24,000 bases of DNA from Rhodovibrio sp. (lineage in GTDB: Bacteria; Pseudomonadota; Alphaproteobacteria; Kiloniellales; Rhodovibrionaceae): contig JAXHMD010000040.1 of the NCBI GenBank assembly GCA_034521655.1, forward strand, positions 233,253 through 257,252. The letters run 5' to 3'. The translations under genes were made by a program, and so were the position numbers. Every line of letters starts with the position of its first letter. The stretch's first letter is position 1. The notes under the pieces are model-generated. The model saw only the letters and a list, made by a program, of their open reading frames with translations, was not told the DNA's origin and did not search any database. Positions 1 to 6,836 of this stretch are shown piece by piece.

Positions 1-273
1 GCGTTGACGCAATTGCCCGATCACAAGCGCGCCGTGCTCGCGGATGCCGCGATGTCGCTGAACGGCGCGCTGTCGGCGCAGGACCCGGACAGCGGCTTCG
101 GCACCTGCCAGACCTGCCGCTATCTGAGCGATGCCGACGGCGCGGGCGGCGGCTACTGCTGCCAGAGCGGCTGCGCGCTCGGCGCGGGCGACCTCGACTG
201 CCTGTGCGTCTCGTACCAGCCGCGTCCCGAGGTGCAGGCGGCCCAGGCCGCGCCTGGCGGGCGGGCGTCATGA
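1..273 (+). CDS. 3' end of a cysteine-rich protein of unrecognised family (5' end outside the window)
   Basis: The frame is open from nt 1, so the track's TTG at 4 is probably not the true start. Codon position 3 strongly prefers G/C. The C-terminus has a Cys cluster (CQTC...YCCQSGC...CLC). The TGA at 271-273 overlaps the ATG of the next ORF (ATGA). Confidence 0.45.
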   Translation, partial: ALTQLPDHKRAVLADAAMSLNGALSAQDPDSGFGTCQTCRYLSDADGAGGGYCCQSGCALGAGDLDCLCVSYQPRPEVQAAQAAPGGRAS

Positions 274-602
274 CCCGCCTGCCGGACGGCAGCGTGACCG
301 GGCGCGGCGAGGACGGCGACCTGACGGTGGACGCGCAGATACTGGCCCCGCGGCTCGGCCTGTCGGTGGCGAAGCTCAAGGCCGAGATGCGCCGGGGCAT
401 CGTCTACAGCCGGGTCGAGCGCGGCGAGGGCGCGGACGCCGGCTACTGGCGGATCACCGTGACCTACCGCCAGCACGCCGTGCGCGTGCTGGTCGCCCCG
501 GACGGCGCCGCCTACGAGCTGCCCGCGCCGAGGCCAGGTGCGCGGGTTCGGGCGGAACCGCCGCTGGTCGCGCTCGCCAAGCGCGCCGGCGGCGGGACCT
601 GA
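270..602 (+). CDS. small hypothetical protein (110 aa), translationally coupled to the upstream ORF
   Basis: The ATG at 270 overlaps the upstream stop (ATGA). I prefer it to the track start at 204, which lies inside the upstream CDS. GC3 is high. From memory it resembles small alphaproteobacterial DUF proteins (possibly DUF6522), but this is unverified. Confidence 0.5.
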   Translation: MTRLPDGSVTGRGEDGDLTVDAQILAPRLGLSVAKLKAEMRRGIVYSRVERGEGADAGYWRITVTYRQHAVRVLVAPDGAAYELPAPRPGARVRAEPPLVALAKRAGGGT

Positions 603-754
603 GCCCCCGCGTTACGCGGACACCGCAAAGGATAGAGCCGGTGCGCACACAGCTCCCCAACCCGGATCAGGGACCCCGACACAGCGATCCGACCGTCGGC
701 CGGCCCGCAGGCGCGCCGGCCGGCGACAACCCAAGGCTCCGGAGGCCGCGCAAG

Positions 755-1600
755 ATGCCGGACGGGCAGATCATTCAGCAGACACCACCGCGCGGGCGCA
801 ACGTCATGCTGACCGCCGCCCAGGAGAGCGATCTGCTGGGCGCCTGGCGCGAAGCCGGTGACGGCGATGCGCTGGACCGGTTGCTGCGCGCCTTCGAGCC
901 GTTGTGCCGCAAGCTCGCCAAGCGCTACGAGGGCGCGGCCGAGCGCAACGACCTGCTGCAGGAAGCCCGGCTCGGCCTGCTCGACGCGATCCGTCGCTAC
1001 GACCCGGAGCACGGCACGCGGCTGGCGACCTACGCCAGCTTCTGGATCCACGAACGGCTGCGCCGCTACACCACCGAAACCCAGCCGATCGTGCGCGTGC
1101 CGCGCAACACCCGGCAGGCGCTCTCGCGCATGCTGGAGGAAGCCGGGCGCGACAGCACCTCCGAGCACGCCGGCGACAGCGGTGCGATCGCTCGGGCGGT
1201 CGCCGAGCGCCACGGCGTCGACGAAAGCGTGGCGCTGATGGCCCAGCAGCTCCTGGGCGCGGGCAACATCGTCTCGCTCGACGCGCCGCTGGCGGGCGAC
1301 GACGGCGACCGGACGCAGAGCCGGCTCGACCAGCTGCACGATCCCGCCCCCTCGCCGGAGCACCAGGTCGCCGAGGCGCACGACAACCGCTTCCACACCG
1401 GCCGGCTGATGCAGGCCCTGGGCACGCTGCCCGACCGCAAGGCGCAGATCATCCGCGACCGGCATCTGAGCGACCGGCCGCTGACCCTGGAGGCGCTCGC
1501 CCAGCGCTTCGGCGTCTCCAAGGAGCGGGTGCGCCAGCTTGAGTCCGCCGCGCTCCGCGATCTGCGCAAGGCGATGAACGCGGGCGAGCCGGCGGTCTAA
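755..1600 (+). CDS. RNA polymerase sigma-70 family factor, group 3 (RpoH/FliA-like), 281 aa
   Basis: Region 2 is recognisable (LLQEARLGLLDAIRRYDPEHGTRLATYASFWIHERLRRY), as is the region 4 HTH (LTLEALAQRFGVSKERVRQLESAALRDLRKAM). It is too long for an ECF sigma, and I saw no RpoH box (QKKLFFNLR-type). GGAGG at 741-745 precedes the ATG at 755; an alternative ATG is at 806. The 131-754 part of the track ORF is Arg/Ala/Pro-rich and looks non-coding. Confidence 0.85.
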   Translation: MPDGQIIQQTPPRGRNVMLTAAQESDLLGAWREAGDGDALDRLLRAFEPLCRKLAKRYEGAAERNDLLQEARLGLLDAIRRYDPEHGTRLATYASFWIHERLRRYTTETQPIVRVPRNTRQALSRMLEEAGRDSTSEHAGDSGAIARAVAERHGVDESVALMAQQLLGAGNIVSLDAPLAGDDGDRTQSRLDQLHDPAPSPEHQVAEAHDNRFHTGRLMQALGTLPDRKAQIIRDRHLSDRPLTLEALAQRFGVSKERVRQLESAALRDLRKAMNAGEPAV

Positions 1601-1729
1601 CCGGTTAACGACAGGGTCAATTCAACTGGATGGGGCGTTGCTTTTCGCGCTTGTTGCCCTGACAGGCTGGCTTGACCGGCTGTAACCGCAGTCGGCCTGA
1701 CCCTCCCGTTGCCAAATCCTGAAGCCCGA

Positions 1730-1754
1730 CTCCCGCCGCGTCGCGTGGCGGGAG
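1730..1754 (+). terminator. candidate stem-loop terminator downstream of the sigma factor gene
   Basis: CTCCCGCC (1730-1737) pairs with GGCGGGAG (1747-1754) around a 9-nt loop, followed by CCTTGTGTTTG. The T tract is interrupted, and the hairpin lies 130 nt after the stop codon. Confidence 0.3.
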
Positions 1755-2021
1755 CCTTGTGTTTGCGGTCACCTGCCGAGCGGGACGTCGAGAGCTGGCT
1801 GAAACGACCGGCGTAACCGGCCAGCCCGATCGGGACCGAGCGCTGCATGCAACCGGCCGGGGAGCGTGCTGGTCGAAAGACGTCCGCCGGTCGGGTTGTC
1901 GTATTCCATTTCCTCAAAATCGCGGTATCGTGAGCAGACCGGGACGGCGCGACCGGCCCGGATAAAAACGCGGCCCGGTGCAGCTTGCTGCCGGGACCGG
2001 CGATCAACGGGGAGGTTGCAG

Positions 2022-2342
2022 ATGAGAGGACGGGTTGGAGCCGCGGCCGCGGTGATCGCGGCCGGGCTGGGTCTGTCGGCGGGTCACGCCGTCGGCGAGG
2101 AGGGCGTCAGCCGGATCGAGGTGATGGCGAAAAGCTGCCTCGCCTGCCACGGCGCGCAAGGTCAGGGGCCGGGCCATATGCCCGCGATCAGTGACCTGAC
2201 GGCGGAGGGCATCGCCAACAAGCTGATGACCTACAAGAACGACGGCGATCCGGACGCCACGGTGATGAACCGCCACGCGGCGGCCTACACCGCGGACGAG
2301 ATCGAGGCGATCGCGCAGTACATCGCCAACCTTTCCAACTGA
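2022..2342 (+). CDS. fccA: monohaem c-type cytochrome, cytochrome subunit of flavocytochrome c sulfide dehydrogenase (FccA/SoxE-like)
   Basis: GGAGG at 2011-2015 precedes the ATG at 2022. There is an N-terminal signal peptide (AAAAVIAAGLGLSAGHA) and a single CLACH haem-binding motif. The gene sits 16 nt upstream of the flavoprotein subunit gene. Confidence 0.8.
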   Translation: MRGRVGAAAAVIAAGLGLSAGHAVGEEGVSRIEVMAKSCLACHGAQGQGPGHMPAISDLTAEGIANKLMTYKNDGDPDATVMNRHAAAYTADEIEAIAQYIANLSN

Positions 2343-2358
2343 GCCGGAGGACGCGCTG

Positions 2359-3687
2359 ATGGGCGATCAAACTCGGAATACGCCGGCGCGCGTCCGCCGG
2401 CTGGCGCCGCCGGCGACGTGGTCCGCGCCGGGGCGGCCGCGGGCGTCAGCGCTCGCACTCGGCGGGCTTGCGCCGCGCAAGGCCGCGGCCGCCAGCGGCG
2501 CGCGCGTCGTTGTGGTCGGCGGCGGGCCCGGCGGGGCCACGGCCGCCAAGTACCTGCGGCTGTTCGACCCCAGCCTGCGGGTCACGCTGGTTGAGCCGAA
2601 GTCGGCATACTATTCCTGTTTCGGGGCCAACTGGCACCTGGCCGGGATCCGGCCGCTGTCGAAGACCCGGCAGACCTTCGATGCGCTGCGCGACAAACAC
2701 GGTGTCGAGGTCGTGCAGGACCGCGTCACCGGCTGGGACGCCGACGCGGGCACGGCCGAACTGGCCGGCGGTTCCCGCCTGGCGTTCGACCGCCTGGTGG
2801 TCTCGCCCGGGATCGAGCTCGCCTGGGACCGGGTCGAGGGCATGGGGCCGGACGACGCCGAGCAAATCCCGCACGCCTGGCAGGGCGGCGAACAGTACCG
2901 GATCCTGCGCAGCCAGCTTGAGGCGATGGACGACGGCGGCCTGGTCGTGATCTGCGCGCCGCCGAACCCGTTCCGCTGCCCGCCCGGCCCCTACGAGCGG
3001 ATCGGCCTGATCGCCCACTACCTGAAGCAGCAAAAGCCCAAGTCCAAGGTGCTCGCGCTCGATCCCAAGGACGGCTTCGCCAAGCAGGGCCTGTTCGAGC
3101 AGGGCTGGCGCGAGTTGTACGGCGACATGATCGAGTGGGTGCCGGGCTCGCAAGGCGGCGCGCTCTACGAGGTCGATCCCAAGACCCGCACGGTGCTGAC
3201 CCAGGAGGGCTTCCAGAAGCACGAGGCCGACGTGCTCAACGTCATCCCGCCGCAGCGCGCCGGCCGGATCGCTCAGGAAATGGGCCTGACCGACGCGTCC
3301 GGCTGGTGCCCGGTCAACCAGCAGACCTTCGCTTCCGACAGGCAGCCGAACGTCCACGTCATCGGCGACAGCGCGATCGCCGGGGCGATGCCGAAGTCCG
3401 GCCACGCCGCCAACAGCCAGGGCAAGATGGTCGCCGCGGCGATCGTCAACCAGCTGCGCGGCCAGCCGGTCCCGGACGCCAAGCTGGTCAACACCTGCTA
3501 CAGCCTGGTCTCGCCCACCTACGGCATTTCCGTCGCCGCCGTGTACCGCTTCGACGGCGGCAAGATCGCCGGCGTCGAGGGGGCGGGCGGACTGAGCCCG
3601 TCGGAGGCGGACGAGTTCACCCGGATCCAGGAAGCCCGCTACGCCCAGGGCTGGTACGACGCGATCACCGACGACATCTACGGCTGA
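2359..3687 (+). CDS. fccB: flavocytochrome c sulfide dehydrogenase, FAD-binding subunit (FccB/SoxF)
   Basis: It has a Rossmann motif (VVVVGGGPGGATAAKY). It aligns along its length, by eye, with Allochromatium FccB as I remember it, including the covalent-FAD Cys context (YYSCF) and the redox Cys contexts (FRCPPGPYER, NTCYS). The start and signal-peptide region are uncertain (see findings). Confidence 0.93.
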   Translation: MGDQTRNTPARVRRLAPPATWSAPGRPRASALALGGLAPRKAAAASGARVVVVGGGPGGATAAKYLRLFDPSLRVTLVEPKSAYYSCFGANWHLAGIRPLSKTRQTFDALRDKHGVEVVQDRVTGWDADAGTAELAGGSRLAFDRLVVSPGIELAWDRVEGMGPDDAEQIPHAWQGGEQYRILRSQLEAMDDGGLVVICAPPNPFRCPPGPYERIGLIAHYLKQQKPKSKVLALDPKDGFAKQGLFEQGWRELYGDMIEWVPGSQGGALYEVDPKTRTVLTQEGFQKHEADVLNVIPPQRAGRIAQEMGLTDASGWCPVNQQTFASDRQPNVHVIGDSAIAGAMPKSGHAANSQGKMVAAAIVNQLRGQPVPDAKLVNTCYSLVSPTYGISVAAVYRFDGGKIAGVEGAGGLSPSEADEFTRIQEARYAQGWYDAITDDIYG

Positions 3688-3702
3688 TCGCACATGGCGC
3701 GA

Positions 3703-3729
3703 CCGGGCCCGCCGTCAGCGCGGGCCCGG
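3703..3729 (+). terminator. stem-loop after fccB (candidate terminator)
   Basis: Perfect 10-bp arms, CCGGGCCCGC (3703-3712) and GCGGGCCCGG (3720-3729), flank a 7-nt loop. Only TT follows, so a canonical U tract is absent. Confidence 0.45.
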
Positions 3730-3738
3730 TTCCCGTGT

Positions 3739-3806
3739 GCCTTCATGCCCGGTCCGCCTTCATGCCCGGTCCGCCTTCATGTCCGGTCCGCCTTCGGGCC
3801 CGGTCC
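3739..3806. repeat. 17-bp tandem repeat, 4 copies (GCCTTCATGCCCGGTCC)
   Basis: The units are 3739-3755, 3756-3772, 3773-3789 (1 mismatch) and 3790-3806 (3 mismatches), followed by a degenerate partial unit. The array lies between the convergent fccB and lipoprotein genes. Confidence 0.9.
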
Positions 3807-3852
3807 GCCACCGGTCCCGCCGGAGCTTTGCGGGCGGCCGTGTCATCCCGGG

Positions 3853-4143
3853 TCAGCGGCCGCCCGGGCCGACCAGGATGGCGCCCGGCGGCACCTGGGC
3901 GCTCAGCCGTGCGCAGTCGCCGGGCGGCGGCTGCTGGCCGGGCGGCTTGCCCTTGTACCAGATCCGGCATTGGCCGGGCGGCGGCATGTGCCCCGGCGGC
4001 ACCGGCCCGCCTTCGGGTTTGGTGACGCCCTGGTTGACCGGCCCGCGGGCCGGCTCGGCGTAGCCGGCGCAGCCGGCCAGCAGCCCGGTTACGGCGAGGG
4101 CGGCGGCGAGGCGGGTGAACGTCGCGGGATCTACGCGGAACAT
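3853..4143 (-). CDS. small proline-rich lipoprotein (96 aa), unknown function
   Basis: An AGGAG RBS lies 6 nt upstream of the ATG at 4143. The signal peptide has a lipobox (LLAGC). The mature part is Pro/Gly-rich with two Cys (GQCRIWYKGKPPGQQPPPGDC). I prefer this start to the track start at 4200. Confidence 0.7.
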   Translation of the reverse strand: MFRVDPATFTRLAAALAVTGLLAGCAGYAEPARGPVNQGVTKPEGGPVPPGHMPPPGQCRIWYKGKPPGQQPPPGDCARLSAQVPPGAILVGPGGR

Positions 4144-4152
4144 CGCGGCTCC

Positions 4153-5866
4153 TGTAACTGGGGCATTTTCCCGGGCGTGACGCGAGACGAGACTCACCAT
4201 GGGTTGTCGTCAGGACTCTACTCTGGTTGCGTCGGGGTATGGCCGACGTCCCGCCAGATCTGGACAACGCTTCGCCCGAAGACCTCAAGGAGTTGGTTCA
4301 GACGCTCCTTGAGCGGGTGAACGCGCTGGAGCGCGAGAACGCCGCGTTGCGCGACGAGAACGCCCGGTTGAAGGGCAAGCCGCCGCGGCCCGACGTGAAG
4401 CCGAGCGGCATGGCGGAGAAGGCGCAAAGCCGCGGCGCGTCGAAAGCGAAGGCCAAGAGCAAGAAGCCCGGGCGCGGCAGCAAGCGCAGCCGCCTGACCA
4501 TCGACGAGGACCGCCACCTGCAGCCGGCGGGCTTGCCCAACGGGTCGCGGTTCAAGGGCTACCAGGATCACGTCGTCCAGGAGCTGGTGATCCGGGCGCG
4601 CACCGTGCGGTATCGCCGCGAGCGCTGGCTCACCCCCGACGGGCGTACGGTAACGGCGGACCTGCCGGGTCACGTCCAGGGGCACTACGGCGGCGATCTG
4701 CGCCGGCTGGTCGTGGCGCTGTACCATCGCGGGCAGATGACCATCCCGCGGCTCACCACGCAGCTGCGCGATCTGGGCATCGACATCGACCGCCGACAGG
4801 TGCGCCGCCTGCTCGACGATACGAATGCTGAGACGTTCCTCAACGAAGCTCAGGACGTGCTGCACGCCGGGCTGGCGACGGCCTCGTGGATCAGCGTCGA
4901 CGACACGGGCGCCCGGCACCAGGCGCGCAACGGCTACTGCACCCAGATCGGCGACGATCGCTTTACGGCTTTCCTGACGCGCTTCTCCAAGAGCCGGAAA
5001 AACTTCCTGGAGCTCCTGCGCGCCGGGCACACGGACTACGTCATCAACGCCGAGGCGCTCGCCTACATGCGCGGGCGCAACCTGTCAGAGGGCGTGATCG
5101 CCCGGCTCGCCGAGGGGCCGACGCATTTCTGCGACGCAGCGAGCTGGCAGGCGCACCTGAGCGCGCTCGGCCTGGACCAGGCGCGCGTGCAGCCCGATCC
5201 GGTGCGCATCGCCACCGAGGGCGCGCTCTGGGCGCGGTCATCGAGCACGGCCTGCTGCTGGACGCTGTGGTCCTCTCGGATGACGCCGGTCAGTTCCGGG
5301 TCGGCAACCACGCGCTCTGCTGGGTCCATACCGAGCGTCTGGTCAACGGTCTGGACACCTTCAACGCCGCCCAGCGCAAGGCCGTCGACTGGATCCGCCG
5401 CCTGATCTGGTGGCTCTACGCCGATCTCAAGCTCTACGCCGAGGCGCCCACCGCCCGGCGGAAGGCGGAGCTGAAGCGGCGGTTCGACCGGGTGTTCAAG
5501 CGGCGCACCGGGCTCGCCCCGCTGGACCGACTGCTGCGCCGACTGCACGCGCGCAAGAACGAACTGCTCACCGTCCTGGACCGGCCGGAGATCCCGTTGC
5601 ACACCAACGGCTCGGAGCGCGACATCCGCTGCCAGGTGACCAGGCGCGAACTCTCCGGCGGCACCGTCAGCGATCGCGGACGCGACTGCCGGGACGGTTT
5701 CCTCGGCCTGATGAACACCTGCGACAAGCTCGACGTATCGTTCTGGAATTACCTCGGCGACCGCCTCGCGATCCCGGATGCCCCGGACGTCCCGCCGCTG
5801 CCCGACCTCATCCGAGTCCGGGCGCCGACCTGAGCCGAGACCGCCCCAATACATCGACAACTACCG
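4153..5866 (+). mobile_element. single-ORF insertion sequence, IS66-family-like; ends uncertain
   Basis: It contains the transposase below. There are two weak candidate terminal inverted-repeat pairs: TGTAACTGGGGC (4153-4164) with GCCCCAATACA (5843-5853), or GGGTTGTCG (4201-4209) with CGACAACTACC (5856-5866). I found no matching target-site duplication for either pair. Confidence 0.55.
4239..5833 (+). pseudogene. IS66-family-like DDE transposase, interrupted by one frameshift near 5228-5231
   Basis: The N-terminal part (frame of 4227..5405) has a leucine-zipper-like segment (LKELVQTLLERVNALERENAALRDENARLKG). The C-terminal part (frame of 4886..5833) carries CWVHTERL and HTNGSERDIR, which from memory resemble IS66 TnpC motifs. 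The two frames join cleanly (...ATEGALW / GAVIEHGLLLD...) if one G is added to the GGG run at 5228-5230. Confidence 0.85.
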
Positions 5867-5881
5867 ATTGGACGGCGTCGG

Positions 5882-5910
5882 ACCCCGGCCTGCCGCGTGC
5901 CCGGGGTTTT
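5882..5910 (+). terminator. candidate rho-independent terminator after the transposase
   Basis: ACCCCGG (5882-5888) pairs with CCGGGGT (5901-5907) around a 12-nt loop, running into TTTT (5907-5910). Confidence 0.4.
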
Positions 5911-5930
5911 GCTCAAGGTACCGGCTCCTG

Positions 5931-5982
5931 CTCTAACTTATTGAAGAGCGGGCAAGATTCAGCTGAAACGTGATTCCACGTT
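5931..5982 (+). repeat. 52-bp dispersed repeat, copy 1
   Basis: CTCTAACTTATTGAAGAGCGGGCAAGATTCAGCTGAAACGTGATTCCACGTT matches copy 2 at 50/52 positions. It contains the palindrome TTCAGCTGAA and the inverted repeat AACGTG-N4-CACGTT. Confidence 0.9.
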
Positions 5983-6088
5983 TGAACTCTAGCGCCAAGC
6001 CTGACATGTCGTATCGACGCGCGCGCGTCAGCGCTGTGTGACAACCGGCGAAGGATCGCTGGAACCGACAGTCGGTTGCGCCCGATCA

Positions 6089-6140
6089 CTCTAACTTCTT
6101 GAAGCGCGGGCAAGATTCAGCTGAAACGTGATTCCACGTT
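6089..6140 (+). repeat. 52-bp dispersed repeat, copy 2 (immediately 3' of the PAS_5 gene)
   Basis: It matches copy 1 at 50/52 positions, in the same orientation, 158 bp downstream. It ends 13 nt from the stop codon of the minus-strand PAS_5 gene. Confidence 0.9.
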
Positions 6141-6153
6141 GCAGCGTTTTCCC

Positions 6154-6648
6154 CTAGCTCGGCCAACTCGGGTCGATGCTGCGATGGTTCAGGATCACGA
6201 TCAGCAGCATGACCATGTTGACGGTGACGCCGTCGCTGGCGAGCGGCAACAGCAGCCGGTCGTAGCTCATGTACTCCCGGCCCGGGACCAGCGGATAGAC
6301 CCGGTCGGAGGTGTGCGGCTGGCCGGTCTCCACCACCCGTTGATAGGTGGCGTGGGCGGTCTGCAGATAGTCGCCGCGGTACAGTTCGTCGAAGCGCTTG
6401 CCGGTCGGGTCGCGGCCCGCGCGGTTGACGATTTCGGTTCCGGTCAGGCGATAGCGGAAGGCCAGACCGTCGTCTTCCCGCAGCACGTCGATCAGCGCGA
6501 GACGCGGCAGCAAATGCCGCAGGTCCGCGGGATTGACATCGGCCCGGGCGGGCAGGCGGCCGCTGCGCCGCCGGGCGCGCCAATAGTCGTACAGCGCCCG
6601 ATGGTCGTCGTGGCGTAGCTCCAGCCCGGTGTCCTGCAGCTCACCCAT
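6154..6648 (-). CDS. small PAS domain protein, PAS_5 (PF07310, formerly DUF1457) type, 164 aa
   Basis: The sequence LYDYWRARRRSGRLPARADVNPADLRHLLPRLALIDVL...FRYRLTGTEIVNRAGRDPTGKRFDEL matches the pattern I remember for this alphaproteobacterial family. Codon usage is host-like. Confidence 0.85.
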   Translation of the reverse strand: MGELQDTGLELRHDDHRALYDYWRARRRSGRLPARADVNPADLRHLLPRLALIDVLREDDGLAFRYRLTGTEIVNRAGRDPTGKRFDELYRGDYLQTAHATYQRVVETGQPHTSDRVYPLVPGREYMSYDRLLLPLASDGVTVNMVMLLIVILNHRSIDPSWPS

Positions 6649-6787
6649 CGTGCGGGGTCCAAGCGGCGGCCGGCAATTGCCTGTCGATCACGATCATGGC
6701 TGGAGTGTACTCACTCATGGTTCGCAACCGAAAGGATTAAATCGCGCCACTTCAAACATCCCAGCCGCACGGCTAGCAATATGCTGA

Positions 6788-6836
6788 CAAGGTGGAATCG
6801 CCTTAGCTGAATTCGCCCTCTCTTCAGAAGCTAGCG
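6788..6836 (-). repeat. diverged third copy of the 52-bp repeat, inverted orientation (upstream of the PAS_5 gene)
   Basis: The reverse complement (CGCTAGCTTCTGAAGAGAGGGCGAATTCAGCTAAGGCGATTCCACCTTG) aligns by eye to copy 2 at about 39 of 52 columns with 4 gap positions. The internal hairpin is retained as AAGGTG-N4-CGCCTT, with a compensatory C:G to G:C swap. Confidence 0.6.

Noticed and set aside
131-754. An upstream extension of the sigma-factor ORF, giving 489 aa in the track.
   Set aside because: The composition is Arg/Ala/Pro-rich, it overlaps two better-supported ORFs in other frames, and sigma-factor homology begins only after the ATGs at 755/806.
3739-3806. Whether the 17-bp tandem repeat could be a CRISPR array.
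   Set aside because: The units are directly adjacent with no spacers, the unit is too short, and no cas genes are present in the window.
3694-4320. Plus-strand ORFs (3694-4320, 3737-4063, 3135-4025) covering the tandem repeat and lying antisense to the lipoprotein gene.
   Set aside because: Their repeated peptide segments simply mirror the 17-bp DNA repeat in shifting frames. There is no start context or domain, and the minus-strand lipoprotein ORF has an RBS, signal peptide and lipobox.
5913-6113. A 66-aa minus-strand ORF, and the C-terminus of ORF 6086-6583, which share the peptide WNHVSAESCP.F.KLE.
   Set aside because: The shared peptide is just the translation of the 52-bp DNA repeat. 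Neither ORF has a coding-type composition outside the repeat.
5931-6140. Whether the 52-bp direct repeats could be terminal inverted repeats of the neighbouring IS66-like element, or integron attC / att sites.
   Set aside because: No reverse-complement copy exists near the left end of the IS (4140-4240). No integrase or recombinase gene is in the window, and I did not recognise the attC R/L box pattern. I kept them as an unexplained repeat family instead.
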